A DNA stretch of 64,000 nt from Schizochytrium sp. TIO01 (GCA_004764695.1 SMSO01000031.1:7174761-7238760), one strand, 5' to 3'. Positions 48,526 to 61,482 are shown, counted from the first letter of the stretch. The notes: generated by a model from the sequence alone, not told the origin. Translations and numbers: made by a program.

Positions 48526-51500
48526 TCCACGATAGTGTTAGAGTAAACTACGCCATGCAAATCCTGGCGCCTGGAAGGGCCTTAGGAACGCGACATTGTC
48601 ATAGATCACAGGGAATTAGATTCCCACGCACCCCTCTGGGATGGATATTCAGAGGCAGTGAAGGGGTTGATGTGCCTTATGGCAAAAGACTCGATCAGTT
48701 AAATACATCGTTATGTGTGATCTGATCTGATTAATGAAGCAGTGGGAAAAAAGAAGTGCCATTGATTTGTGAAGCCTGTCTGGAACTGCAGTCAAGAAAG
48801 AAATATATACATCTACCCCTCAGCCTTTAAAGGAAATGGTGTTGTTTGATTTGCCATGATGAAACACAGCTCGTTCATACGCGACTCCAAACAACCTTCT
48901 TCGGCATATCTCAGACCGACTTTGTGACATCTACCGACTTACTTACGTGTTTATTTTTCGTTGTAAAATGATACCATTGTAGCCCCCAAATAGCGAGTAA
49001 TCAGAAACCGGGCACCACAATTCAAAGCATTCGCAAAGCAAACGCAGACTTTGCATTGTGCTATCGAGAGTCCGCACTGCGCTCGCTTTGGTTTCAGATT
49101 TGTAAAGACAGTACCGGGACAGCTTCAATTACTTGAATGAACTGCACTGCGCTGCGAAAAGTTTTCAACTGCCGTCGTCATGACGATCAGGAAATAGTTC
49201 CATGGAGGTTCCACACGTGTTCTTCCCACGATGTACAGGTATTACCAGGAATGAATGAATATCCTTCTTTCTTTTAGTAGGCAAAACAAAAGCGGAGAAA
49301 GGAATTATTGAGGAAAACACTCATTTTTTCGTTATTGTTGCAGTGCGGGCACAGTGAGCTTTGTTTGCCTCAACGATGTTCAATGGCAAGGACTGCAACT
49401 CCGTCCTCCAATCTCTGGAGGAGCTGAGGCCGGCAATGCAGCGAGTAGCTGGTATTTACCATCGCCTGCACTCACGAGCTTGAAGGCATGGGCAGCGTAT
49501 ATAGGGATCTAAAGCCTTGTTTGTAACCCTCATTCACGAATCGTACATTTATTTCGTTTCATTCTGCGGTTCGCTCTTATTTGCCTGTAATAAATTAATT
49601 GTCAGGATCTCGGCCGTGAAAACACCCACGTAGCGGGTCTTTTTTGGCTATTCAGAGGAGGGCGACTGGGACCGCTTATTCTTCTCACTGCAGTGCGAAC
49701 TAAACGTAACCGCGCAAGAAGTCTGAGTTTTGGCTGCCATCCAGCGATGGACAAGGATCCTGCAATTGCTGTATCTATCATATCCAATGCCATCGTTTCA
49801 TACATTAAATATTCTCATTCTTTCTTTTTTCTCCCATTTCTTTCCTTTTTCTTTTCCAACTGCTCAATGATAGTACGAATGGCTTTATTATGTGACGTCT
49901 CTGTTGTATATTGTATGATTTTTATAGAATTTAATAAAAAGTTACTATTACTACTTTATACGAATAAATTAAAAAATAAAATAAAATAAAATAAAATAAA
50001 TAAAATATTTCAATTAAAAAATAATCAATAGAAAATAAAAGAAAAACGACCGTTGAATATTAATCAGAATGCACCTCAAGTTCGCAACTGCTTCGATCAA
50101 CTCGAGGCCGCTTCAAGCTGCCACGCGCGTGACCGTGCCTTTGAATTGATGATCAAGACACCACGAACAGGACAGGACTTGTGCAGGTGGCACTGCCCTT
50201 GGTTCACGATTCAATGATTCATCTCAAGGGCACACCACCCGTCGGCAAGCCCATTCTTAGACTTAACCTGAAGCACACTGACTGCCTTAGTCAGAGTAGT
50301 TAGTCACCAATAATGCTGGGAGCCGCAGGATGAGATGATTCTGACAGCTTGAAGGTTGGTTACTATTCTGCTTCTTGGTGCTCAATCAATCCATCTATCC
50401 CTCTCGAGAGCTCGTGGGAGTTGTCCACTTTCCAGGAACCTGTGGCCAGGCTGCTCCAGAGTCATTCAAGGTACGTATGGTACGTATGTATGTGTGCTGC
50501 GAGGAATTCACAGGAACCCACATTCTTCAAGCTCTGATGGATGGATTGCACTGCGAGTTCCTGCCTGCCTGAACAGACAGCAAACAGCCTTGAGCTGACC
50601 AAGACCAACACCGAAATGTGAGCAGCATCTAGACCAAGACCAAGATCAAGTTGGGCATGGCCTCGAGGAAGGCTTTGCTATGCTGCTGCTTCAAGAACTC
50701 CAGATCAGATGGCGACCGACGATGTTCAGCCGCCCGAAACCGCCAAGCAGGCTCGCCGCGGAAGCTCGGGTCGATGGATGCCTGTCGCTCCAAGGCAGCA
50801 GCAATTTGTGCGTGCGTGCTCGCGAGCTGCGATTTCGTGTGGGCTTCAAGGCCAATCCATCGCGAGGGATGTGGTCATTGGCGTCAAGCGAATTGCCGAG
50901 GGAGGTGATAACCCGCCTCCGGTATCTATCTACCTGCCTGCGAAGACCTGCATCGAGATCTCCTGCATCGCCGCACGCAAACCAGCCAGGAAGCGTGCGT
51001 GGGGCGCAGACCACGCGTGCGAGCTAGCGAATTAGCGAGCGAGCTACGCCGCTCCAAACATCCCGGCGTGTGCAGACCGGAAGCCGTGGCAGAGGTTTCT
51101 CTCGAGTGCTCGGCGTCGCGACGTTTCTTCTGTTTTACATTACATTATGCTTCGCCCTGAAGAATCAATCTTTTTATCCCATTCTTCTTTCTTTCTTGTT
51201 ATCTGTAAATCTCACTTCAAAGTTGGTTTCTTCGCCCCCGGCCTCACCAAGGTGTCCTATAGAGCCCCCTTGTTGTCCCGCTCTCCTGCCTGTAAGCCAG
51301 GCCCTCTGCTCCCTTTGGGGGGCTTTGTGGGATTATATGCCAACTCCTGCTTCCTGCTTTGCTGAGTTCTTTGGTAGGATTGCAGAATTCAAGAGGCAAT
51401 TTGAGATCTATCTAGCGCGGGCCTGGGATGGAGCTTTGCTGCAGCTACACGTAAGCCGAAACTGACTGCAACAGGAGACGTCGAATAAATGAAAGCGGAA

Positions 51501-51722
51501 TGTGCCCAAGTATCCGGATCACCAGACAATTTTTGGCAGCACCTTGGCAGATCATGAGAGGGCTTATTTTCTTTTACAATGAATGAAATATGTACTGTAT
51601 CATTGATTGTTCTGTTTCACCTTTTTGTTTAGTTCAAAGAAAGATAAAACGCCTATCATTACTATGTGTATAACAAAGAAATAAAAATAATTATACTAAA
51701 CTCTGGAGGTAAATAAAAAGAG

Positions 51723-51723
<1 letters not shown>

Positions 51724-51794
<71 letters not shown>

Positions 51795-51795
51795 T
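51724..51795. repeat. (CTTT)18 microsatellite
   Basis: Perfect array seen directly. Confidence 0.97.
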
Positions 51796-53073
51796 AATAC
51801 TAATAATGAAAGAGATCGTCGAAAATAAAAAGTTTAAAAAGTTGGTCTCGATAATGGAATAAGCAGAACTCTGCGCCAGAACCGTTCGCCTTATCGCCGT
51901 CGCACTTTCGCATACATTATTCTACGACGTCGCTTGCCGCTAACCTCTGCTCATATTTGGGAGAGCACCGTCCCTGACGGGCGTCGCTCATCCCTAGTGC
52001 GTCTTCGCGAGCTAGGTCCCTTCGCCAGCTGGCCACCGGCCGACCTCATCGTGACTTTGAGGTTCTTTGACTTCTTTCTTTCTTTCTTTCTTTCTTTTGT
52101 TTCTTTTTGCTGTTGTTATCTGTTGATTGTTTTCTGTTTTCTTTGCAGTCAACAGCAACAGCAACAACGATATCAACAGGAGCAACAACAAGAACAACAA
52201 CCAACACCAGTGCTGGCAAGGAGTCAGACCCCGATCAAACGGCTCTGGACTGTGGCACTGGGAATCCTGCTCGGAAAGGACCCTTGTCGACGCAACTGGC
52301 CTTGAGTGGGTTCACAGGGCGTGCGGAATTGCAAGGGCGTCCCGCAATCATCTTGACGTGAGCGGACCTTTTGACGGGTTGACGCCGCCGACACCGTATA
52401 GAGATTAGCTCTCAATAAAGACTTTCGAAAACCTTGAGCACACGAGGAGCAGAGCTTGGAGTTGTTCACCCCGTCACGAGGTGACTTTCTGGTAAGAAGC
52501 GTCCTTTTGTCTTTACATTTTTGGGGAGGTGCTTTGTTGAATTTGACTGCCTTGACAGTACACGCCTTAGAAACTGCAATATTGCAGGCTTTCATAGCAG
52601 CACCTCAACAGCAGTATAATCTACATTCTCCACGTTTTGGTGCCAATAAGCTCTGCTGCAAGAGAAAAAGAGTCCGAGCTGGTAGCACTAGAGATTGCAA
52701 GAGCCGAGATTAGAAAACTACCACGCTTGGTTTAGCCTCTCTTTGGTTCGGCAGCGGTGTTGACTTGATTAGGAAAGGCTTGAGGGATTATTCGGGCTCG
52801 AACGTCCAATAAACGTTCGCACGACCATCCGCCATTTGGTCCAAAGCTTCTCAGGCCGTGCGCAAGAGGCTGCTCGGCAAGAACGAGGCCCGCAATAACT
52901 CCAACGACGCCAATACCGTCAGCGACACTAATACCGTCAGCGACGCCAACCCCACTTACTGCGTCAACACTACTAACGACGAGGACAATCAACAGAACAA
53001 TAGCCGCTGGGGTAAACTCAGCACAAAACTCAAAACAAAGAAGGACGATAAAGAGGAAAAGGAAGAAGAACAA

Positions 53074-55779
53074 ATGATGACCTCCATTTCTAGCGCATGC
53101 CCACCGCCACAAGCACTCTCGACAGGACATACTGCAGCTGGAAGTAAAGGATTCCCTACGAGCAATCTTTTGCATGAATACTCTGTTACGCAGCAAGGGC
53201 GCCCCCGTATCGTAAAACACGATCACATTTGGTTCAATAGTGATGACAATGGCTGGGTCTGTGCGCTTGCTGTCCTTGATGATGCTGAGCAGAGTTTGCT
53301 TCTGTTTCCCCACGAGTGTGATCCTGAGATTGTAGCCAATCTAGACGATCCAGAAGCTATGCATTCAGCCTTGCTTGTTGCAGGCCTTCACGAGGCCTCA
53401 ACAGAGATAGTAAATCCCGACGATGCACCTGCAAATGATGTACTTCGGCTTGACCTTCGCGGGATGCACTGTAGTGATTCAACACACTCAAACCGCGTAC
53501 TGATGGCTTTTGGCTCAGCTGACCAAATGCTGGGCTGGACTGCGGCCATCAAGCGAGCGTCCTTTCCCTGCGGTCCACTATGGACAAGTCGTCCCCAAAA
53601 TATTGAAGAATACGCTATGTCAAGGTTCCAATGCCCCAAGGTTGGTGCAGTGTGGAAAGCAGAGGGGACTAAGACTAGCGTTATCATTGACTCGCTTAGA
53701 CTTTGCAATACAAATTCCCTGGCCGATCTTCCGAGCTCAGAGTCCTTTCTTTTGCTATTGCGTCTCAAAATCTTTGGCTGTATTCTATCACTCGACAAAG
53801 TCATATCTAGCAGATGTGATGCTAGTGTTGCCGAGGTCGAGGTCCTTAAAACAAAAACCTTACAAGAGTTATTAAACTTTGTTACTAGCTGCGAAATGAC
53901 AGGCGTGCAAATTGATGAGATTGCTTTTCTCGATCTAATTGAAATGATTTGTATCAATGTGATGCGTCCGCTACAAGTAATGACTAGTAATGGGCACGAG
54001 AAAACGTTTAGTAGTTCTTACTCTTCTCGAGGAGGTAGTGTACACAATTCTTCAACCCGAGATGAGTCCGCTTGGACTCACTTGGCATTGTGCTACGAGC
54101 TCTTGCTCAAATTGTTGAGCTCTAATGTTTGCGACATTTCTGTGAAGAAACGCTGTGTACGTGAAGAAATGTGTCACGAGTTTGTCCAACTATTTCGTTC
54201 TTGCAATCAGATGGAACGAGACTACGTTAAAACTATTGCGCATTGTATGTACAGTAAGCTCGTAAGCTATCGCGGCACGATGCGTCAAGCCATGGCAAAT
54301 TCTCTCTTGGATTATGTGCATGTATCTCATGTCCATGAAGGAGTGGGCGAAATGCTCGAAGTTTTTGGATCTATTGCAAGCGGGTTTGCTGTGCCTGTGA
54401 AAGAGGAGCACAAGTCCATGCTTTTGCGAACTCTTCTCCCCCTATATTCCATGCAAGGGTCTGAGAATTACCATGAGCAGCTTTCTTTTGTACACTCCCA
54501 GTATGTTGCCAAGGACCAGAACCTCGTTGTTTCAGTAGTTGAGGCATTGCTTAAATACTGGCCACACAGAAATGCCGCCAAGCAAATATTATTCCTTGGC
54601 GAGATTGGAGAATTGGTCGGCTTAATGGAATTTCATCATTTCGTGCAGGTTCGCCGGTCCCTTTTGGCACAGCTTAATGCGTGCATCAGTGGACGCCATT
54701 TCCAGGTTGCCGAATATGCCATGGGTCTATTGAATAACAATGCGCTGTATGCTCACGTTTTTGACGATGTAACCACACGAAGGCACGCATATCCAGCTCT
54801 GGTGCGCTCTCTGCGAGCTGCCTCAATGAGCTGGAACGCCAGTGTTCGACAGATTGGAGCAGATATTTTACAATTTATGAGAACTTTAGACACGGAGCTT
54901 TTTGTTGAAGCAGAGATGAAGCGGAGCCGTCAGGAGCTCAGTAGCGGGATGAACCAGAGTTCAAACTATTCTAATTTTGGATCGGGAAAGACCGTCTCAT
55001 ATCTCAAGAATCAGACGATATCAAGAGATCATGACAGCGATAGCAACAGCGATGGTCATTATAGTAACAACAGAGAAAGTAAGATTGAACGGACACATCG
55101 AGGACGCCAGGGGCGGCCTCCTCAAGTACACCTTCGTCGTGTGCAAAGTAACCAAGATGATGAAGAAGAAGAAAATGCTAGACATGTGTTGAGGCCAGAC
55201 GAGGAAGAAAGCTGTCTCTTTGGATGCAGTGATGATGCAGTTATTAGAGTCTCCAATGACGATTCTCAACGTGAGCCATCTCAGCATTCACATAATTTAA
55301 CTATTGGTACGAGCAGCCCCGAGATGAGTGTCACTAGTCCTGACCCTTGCAGTGCTAGTAGCGACGATACTTTTCGAGGAGATATCGATGATGCTCTCGT
55401 CGACGATGATGACGATCAAGATGACGAAGATGTAGACTGTGGGTTTATTGGCCTTCATCGTAACACAATGTTGCTCAACAGTGACATCGACGACGAAGAT
55501 AATACACCGCGCTACGAAGAAAACCATGATCTTGGTACTGATGAGCTCCTGATCGAGGATGGGGATGACCTTGAGCGTAATGAGGCCACTTTGCATGACC
55601 TTGTAACAAAGGGTGCAGATTCGCCACTCGTCAGCTCAGGCACACCAAAGGCCGCTCTTCAAAGCTCGAGTTCTTCGAAGATCGCTCCGCATATTAACAG
55701 GTCATCAACGCCAACAATAATCCCTTTATGGAACGAAGATACAAATTATTCAAACATGTCGGAGAATCCTACAATTTAA
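53074..55779 (+). CDS. PP2A regulatory subunit B' (B56)-like protein with an N-terminal PH-like domain and an acidic disordered tail
   Basis: B56 motifs AWTHL...YELL, ERDYVKTIAH, EMLEVFGSIASGFAVPVKEEHK, YHEQL, LLKYWP and HFQVAE. First ATG is at 53074; the frame is open from 52858, so the true start could be upstream. Confidence 0.88.
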   Translation: MMTSISSACPPPQALSTGHTAAGSKGFPTSNLLHEYSVTQQGRPRIVKHDHIWFNSDDNGWVCALAVLDDAEQSLLLFPHECDPEIVANLDDPEAMHSALLVAGLHEASTEIVNPDDAPANDVLRLDLRGMHCSDSTHSNRVLMAFGSADQMLGWTAAIKRASFPCGPLWTSRPQNIEEYAMSRFQCPKVGAVWKAEGTKTSVIIDSLRLCNTNSLADLPSSESFLLLLRLKIFGCILSLDKVISSRCDASVAEVEVLKTKTLQELLNFVTSCEMTGVQIDEIAFLDLIEMICINVMRPLQVMTSNGHEKTFSSSYSSRGGSVHNSSTRDESAWTHLALCYELLLKLLSSNVCDISVKKRCVREEMCHEFVQLFRSCNQMERDYVKTIAHCMYSKLVSYRGTMRQAMANSLLDYVHVSHVHEGVGEMLEVFGSIASGFAVPVKEEHKSMLLRTLLPLYSMQGSENYHEQLSFVHSQYVAKDQNLVVSVVEALLKYWPHRNAAKQILFLGEIGELVGLMEFHHFVQVRRSLLAQLNACISGRHFQVAEYAMGLLNNNALYAHVFDDVTTRRHAYPALVRSLRAASMSWNASVRQIGADILQFMRTLDTELFVEAEMKRSRQELSSGMNQSSNYSNFGSGKTVSYLKNQTISRDHDSDSNSDGHYSNNRESKIERTHRGRQGRPPQVHLRRVQSNQDDEEEENARHVLRPDEEESCLFGCSDDAVIRVSNDDSQREPSQHSHNLTIGTSSPEMSVTSPDPCSASSDDTFRGDIDDALVDDDDDQDDEDVDCGFIGLHRNTMLLNSDIDDEDNTPRYEENHDLGTDELLIEDGDDLERNEATLHDLVTKGADSPLVSSGTPKAALQSSSSSKIAPHINRSSTPTIIPLWNEDTNYSNMSENPTI

Positions 55780-56301
55780 ACTTACCCAAGCAGTTTTCCC
55801 TCCTATCATGAGACAGTCAATTGGCCTAGACGCTAGCTGTGGTCACAGCCATGCAAGTTAAGATACATAGATAATTTATAACTCAATAATAATCAAGCAA
55901 GGCCAAAATCATAATATTTCGATTGCATCTTTGTGAAAATGTTCTACTAATCAGGTCTTTAGCATTGACTCTACTACAAAGACGAAGAACCATAACGTGT
56001 GTGTTTCAGATCTTCAGATAGTAGATAACTCCTTTCTAGAAGAGAGGGATTCTCTTTCGTTCTCATGCAGTGCTTACATTTTTTCTGAATGCGCCGTGAA
56101 GAACAAATGCTTTGGGCGCATTCAGAAAAAATGTTTTGGAGTTCAAGTATCCAAAAGGACGTCGCCGCCTACTCCAGCGACTGTAAAGTCTTTCGCATGC
56201 GGGATTTGATGCCACCGAACTTCGGGTATTGCAAAGAGCCTCACATAGACGTCTGATTGTTTATTATTTTACTCTTTCCTCAACGGATGGTCAGTGTCAA
56301 A

Positions 56302-56325
56302 GGGGGGGAGGGGGGGGGGGGGGGG
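56302..56325 (+). repeat. Poly-G tract (G7-A-G16)
   Basis: Seen directly. Confidence 0.9.
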
Positions 56326-59300
56326 AGTGGATCGGGCAAAGGAGACCGAATTGTTTCTACTAACTTTGTAGTGCCCAACTGTAATACGATGGTGAACGTT
56401 TTGCGATCCACTACTCCTTGCGTCCGGCCAGGCACCATCATAATCCATGTCATCCAAGGGAAGGAAGTCTTAGGCTGCATCTGATTGGATGCCCGATGTG
56501 AGATCTACTGAGCGAGCGCCCTGTGCATTAATTCTCGAGAGATCGCAGACGCGGCTAGCTTGCAAGGACAAACTCGTTTCACGATATGTTGTTATTCTTC
56601 CACGCACCTGTGATCGATACACCGCTACACAGCCTCAGCTTTCCACAGACGGTAATGCCCTTTCACCGCATAGAGAAAGCGCACCGTCCTTTTGAGTGGA
56701 GTGCATCCATCTCCTGCGAAGATGGGACATCATGTCGAAAGTTAAAGGGGCTCAGTGGCACCACAAGAAAATGTACCTATTCTTGGCAAAACGCCATATC
56801 CGCTGGAAGGCTCCGCTTTGCTTACAGGGAAGCCGCCGCCACCGCGCTTCTGGCTGGCGACCCGTTCGACTCGGGCAGCGAGCCAGCAGCGCAGTTTTAG
56901 ATCGATCGCCGACTTGTGTTCAACATGAACCTGCAATCGGGCCGGGCACTGCTTTGCTTTGCTTTGCTTTTGCGCAGATTGGTAATGGACTTACGCTGCG
57001 TTTGTCTTCTTTCTTACTTCAATCGATCCATCCACTCATCGTGCGCACATAGAGATGTTGTTTTAGCTTCAAGCGTGTACAAGGCTCATCAGAAGCTGAC
57101 TGTGTGGACATCGCGGGTTCTAGCTTTTCAATTTGGGTTGTAGAAAGCTAAAAGTGCCTTGGAATCCGAGTGAGCGGCGGCGTCTTTCGAGGACTCACTC
57201 ACTCACTCACTCACTAACTGTCTGTAATGTTGTTTGTTTGCTCTGGTGTGCTTATCTTTCGCACTTACCTTCTCCGCGTCACAATCTGAAGGGCCATGGC
57301 ACGAGCCCCTCCAGGGAGTCGCTCTGGTTAAAGCCCTGGTCCGCGCCCTCTTGAACTTCAGACAGAACAGTCCTCACTGATGTAGTCTTCATTGACTTAC
57401 TTTTCCAGGGGTGCACACCTCGAGGGGGTTGTGTGCGTGTGTGCGAAATTACGCGATGACTTCACTTGACTTATTTATCTATGGCTGTGGGCTCTGATCG
57501 AGACCACTTGCTGGGCTCAGGACGAGGGGGGCGCAGGGATGCGAGATGCGTTTGATGGTTTTTAAAGAGAAGCATGGAGTAGATCAGTGGCGTTTCTTAG
57601 CCCAGAAGCTTGGGCGATCCTTACTGCCCACCCCGTCGAAAGAAACGTCGTTTGATTGATTCAATGAGTGGTGCATGAGGAATTTCGCTTAAAGTGGAGA
57701 ATGAGCGACTTGCCGATGCTTGAAAGGATTCATTTATCAACGTGAGATCTTCTCCATCAAAGAAGATCTTCATGAATACTGGTCAGTTTGGCATTTTCAG
57801 TGCTGCGACATACTCTTATTTATAAAGTGGATGATTAGACAGGAGAGAGTCCGACTGCCTTTGCAGTCGTCGTTTACAATGAATGTTGCAGTGGCAGCCC
57901 ATTCTCCATCGCAGCTGTCATGCGATGATGTCATGTCGTGGCTAACTCTGGTGATTCACAGGCCTTCGGTGTGCTGGTGCGAGGATCAAGAGATTGACTG
58001 CCTTTCAAGAAAAAGAAACAACAAGTACTCTGTAGGCTTCTTTGATCAGAGTTTAGCTCAAACGTCTCAAAACCAGCACGCAACCATTTCTTTTCGCAGC
58101 TTGCTTCTGTCTTAAAACCATTCGAACGCCGCTCTGGTTTGGCGATTAATGAATAACTCGAGGTACCACGTTAGTGAGAGGCGAAGGAGCTCACAACAGC
58201 GGAATATCAGTTTGTTCCTCGTCGTGCTGCTAAGCCTTGATGAGGTAGGCCTAGCTTCTGAATGATCTTTTGGAGGCGCGTGGCAGGACAGATTTTGCAA
58301 GCCTGGAGAAGGACATACACTGCGTTCATTAATACACAATCAACACAAAGTGAGTTTGCACTGACAGAATTGATTACTAAATTGCAAACGTGTGTATGCA
58401 AAGGAAAAAATCCATGAACTTCATTAAGCTAACTTCGTTTTGAGCAGCAGCACTTCTCACCTCTCAACTGCCTTAGGCGCCTCCCATTTCAGGGGAGTCT
58501 GAAATATCTCCCGAATGTTTTATTACTATCATTAAAAATAATCAAATAATCAAATTAAATCATCTCATCTCGCGACCGCATTTTACATTTTACAGCGATG
58601 CCCAACTTTCTCAAGCCCGCCAGTATTGGCTCCGCAATGATCACGTCTTGGTGATAATAAGTTGATCTTTTCGCATAATCTTTGATCTGCCATTGGAAAC
58701 TACTTCTTCGCGGTCGCTGCGAGGATAAGTCTTCGCCTTCGTCTTCGTCTTCGCGGCTCAGCGAATGGTCGATGATTCGCTCCGTCAAATTCCCAGCTTC
58801 CAAGTCGTGGATATATATCGTACGCGCAATGAAGAATGGTGGTGATGCTTTCGATGAATACAATGCAATGTGCACTTAGTTATTCAATCGCGAGCTGCTC
58901 TCCGGGAAACCCGTAGTAATACGTAGGTATCTATGTATGTATCTGTGTATGTATGTATGTATGTAAGTCGGCTGAATTGGATTCCTTTCTTCACGGTTGT
59001 TGACGATGGTGGTGGAGAGGAGAAATCCAGCCATCATTGCTATCGACCTTCTTTCCGCCCCTTCTCAGCGGTGCCACTGAGTAAAGAAAGGTCGACCAGC
59101 CAGCTGACCAGGCGACATGAGCTTTCTTGAGGTGAATGAACTGCAGACTTCTTAGTCGCGACGGCAGCGATAATAGGGTGATAATCTATCTACCAATGGC
59201 TTTACAGGAACACAATTCTTCTTGATTATTATATTTCTCGTACATACCCTCACGTAATCTCGTGTAAAAAGTGGGTGGCTTCATGCAAACATACATTCCC

Positions 59301-59720
59301 TCTGCACCTTCACATCGCTTGTAAAAGGAATTGATTTGTTAGGTGGCTACAACTCCTTCAGATCAGCAACTTTCAAGAAAACGCAAAGTTCTTCGTCGTG
59401 TTCACAGAATAATAAACAACTTTGTCCATTTCATTCGCCAACAAACCTTCTGCTACTTAGTGCTTAAGGTAGTATTAGGTACGCGGGCAGTCGCAAGCGA
59501 GCGCAAACGGCATTGTGACCATTGATCGATCGATTGATTGATCGATTGATTGATCGCACTCCTGTCCTCTCATAATGCTTCGACTTGAATTTTTGTTCTT
59601 GCGACACACCAAACTCCAAGATCGATCGGCCTTTCTCTATTGGTCAACTGCTGCCAACAATCGAACTTCCTTGGGAAATAAACGCAGCTCGACCAGGCCT
59701 ATCTTCGAATTCGTACCCAC

Positions 59721-59897
59721 TTCATTCATTCATTCATTCATTCATTCATTTGATCGTAAATTTACTCATTCATTTAATTGTAAATTCATTCATTCTTTTG
59801 ATTGCAAATTTACTCATTCATTTAATTGTAAATTCATTCATTCATTTGGTTGTAAACTCATTCATTCATTCATTCATTCATTCATTCATTCATTCAT
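59721..59897. repeat. (ATTC)n microsatellite with an embedded 24-bp x5 minisatellite (59740-59859)
   Basis: Units alternate A/B; units 2 and 4 (actcattcatttaattgtaaattc) are identical. Confidence 0.92.
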
Positions 59898-61350
59898 GTT
59901 CTGATTCATCTATCAGTTACGAAATCTTTGCAGACTCGAGAATCCAATTCCTGCGCTCCAGAAGACTCTCCAACCAAACCACCATCCATCACAAAGGCAT
60001 CGCCGCCATCCTCATTTCATTACACTACGCTCCGCTCAACGGCAACAAACTCAAACAAAAAGATATTAGGCATATATATATATCCACGAGGCCCTTTATT
60101 CCCGCATTCGTGGTCTCGCGCAGACAGACAGACTCGCAGACAGACTCACTCGCAGACAGACTCGCAGGCAGGCAGGCTCTCGCGTCGCGGCGCCTTGCTT
60201 TTCTGCTCCCTCCGCTGAGCGTGGCGGCCAGGAAGCCGGCGTTTGGACTCCTGAAGGCGGCGGCAGACAGGCCTGGATGGACTCCGTCGCGGGTGCAGAG
60301 CGGCGACGTCGTCGCTGCGCGTTGCTTTGGAACGCGGCCGAGCGCCGCCAATTGGAACGCGCCGCCTTCTTCACAGCGAAGCCGGAAGAACAGAACAGAA
60401 CAGAACAGAACAGGGCTCGAAGGTGGAACGGCCAGCCGCTACGGGCGAGCGGAGAGAACGCGTAAGGAACGCATGGCGTCACAGCGTGTTGGATACCAAA
60501 ACGAGCGGCGTCCATAGTTGCTGGGAAGTAGGCTGAGGGCTAGAGGGTCGCACGGGAGGTCATGTTCCGTTCTGTTCTTAAAGCGGGTACTTGGGTGAAT
60601 GACAGAGGAGAGAGATTCCGGGTCTAGGTACACATCCCACAGTATGTTTTAGGAGCTCAGTAGAGGGGCATGTGGGACACGCTGTGGGCCATATCTTCCA
60701 AGAGCGGAAAAGAGGAGCTGAAATGAGTGGTTCCACGAAGGAAAAGAAGTGAAAGAACGAGAGAAGGAATCTGTTCTGTCTGGTCGCCGCCACGATACGA
60801 TGGATTGCGAATTTGCGACGGTATTTCAGGCGCTTCGCTCTTCTGCCGCGAAGACTACTATTTGGGGCTTCGACTTGCTTCGCTGATTTTCCTTTTTCGG
60901 GTGTTCTTGAGCTTGTTCGGCATCTCTGACAGTTCAGGCGTGAGAGATAGAGGCTTCTTAAGTCTCGACTTTCTTTCAGGCTCCTCGAGCTTCTTCGAAC
61001 TTTCCTTCGCACTAACCAACTAACCCCTGGTCTGGATTCGTTGCACCACAGGGACCTATGTCCTCTTTCGTTCCAAAGTAAAGAAGATAAAATTAATTTC
61101 TTTCTTTTACTTTCTCCCTCAAAAAAGGTTTTTCGTTCTCTTTTCTTGTCGCTGACTTAGCGAGCGAGCTGTCTCATGGGATGGTGCCTGACTTCGAAAG
61201 GGACAAAGAGTATTATTCGTATTACTTCTTATCTTGACAGCGCATTAGCTCCAACCCACAAATTCTATGTTGATCCATGTTCTGCAAAAACAATCCGTAT
61301 TTAATCAAATCTCTTCCATCATGATGTCGATTTTTCAAAATAATAAAAAC

Positions 61351-61351
<1 letters not shown>

Positions 61352-61386
<35 letters not shown>

Positions 61387-61450
61387 AAAAAAGGTAACAA
61401 TTTTTTTTAAATAATTGTTTTAAATAAAATAAAATAGAAAATATATATTT

Positions 61451-61482
<32 letters not shown>
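61352..61482. repeat. T28-AAAT ... ATTT-A28 perfect 32-bp inverted repeat around a 67-bp AT-rich spacer
   Basis: Counted directly: T-run 61352-61379, A-run 61455-61482. Confidence 0.88.

Noticed and set aside
59740-59859. Regularly spaced repeats resembling a CRISPR array
   Set aside because: No unique spacers, no cas genes, eukaryotic context; it is a tandem minisatellite.
59585-60517. 310-aa ORF with HSFI repeats
   Set aside because: Open only because it runs through (ATTC)n and GC-rich simple repeats; non-ATG start and no domain.
60860-61020. Minus-strand KKPLSLTPELSEM, reminiscent of a SWIB domain start
   Set aside because: The similarity does not continue and the frame stops soon after.
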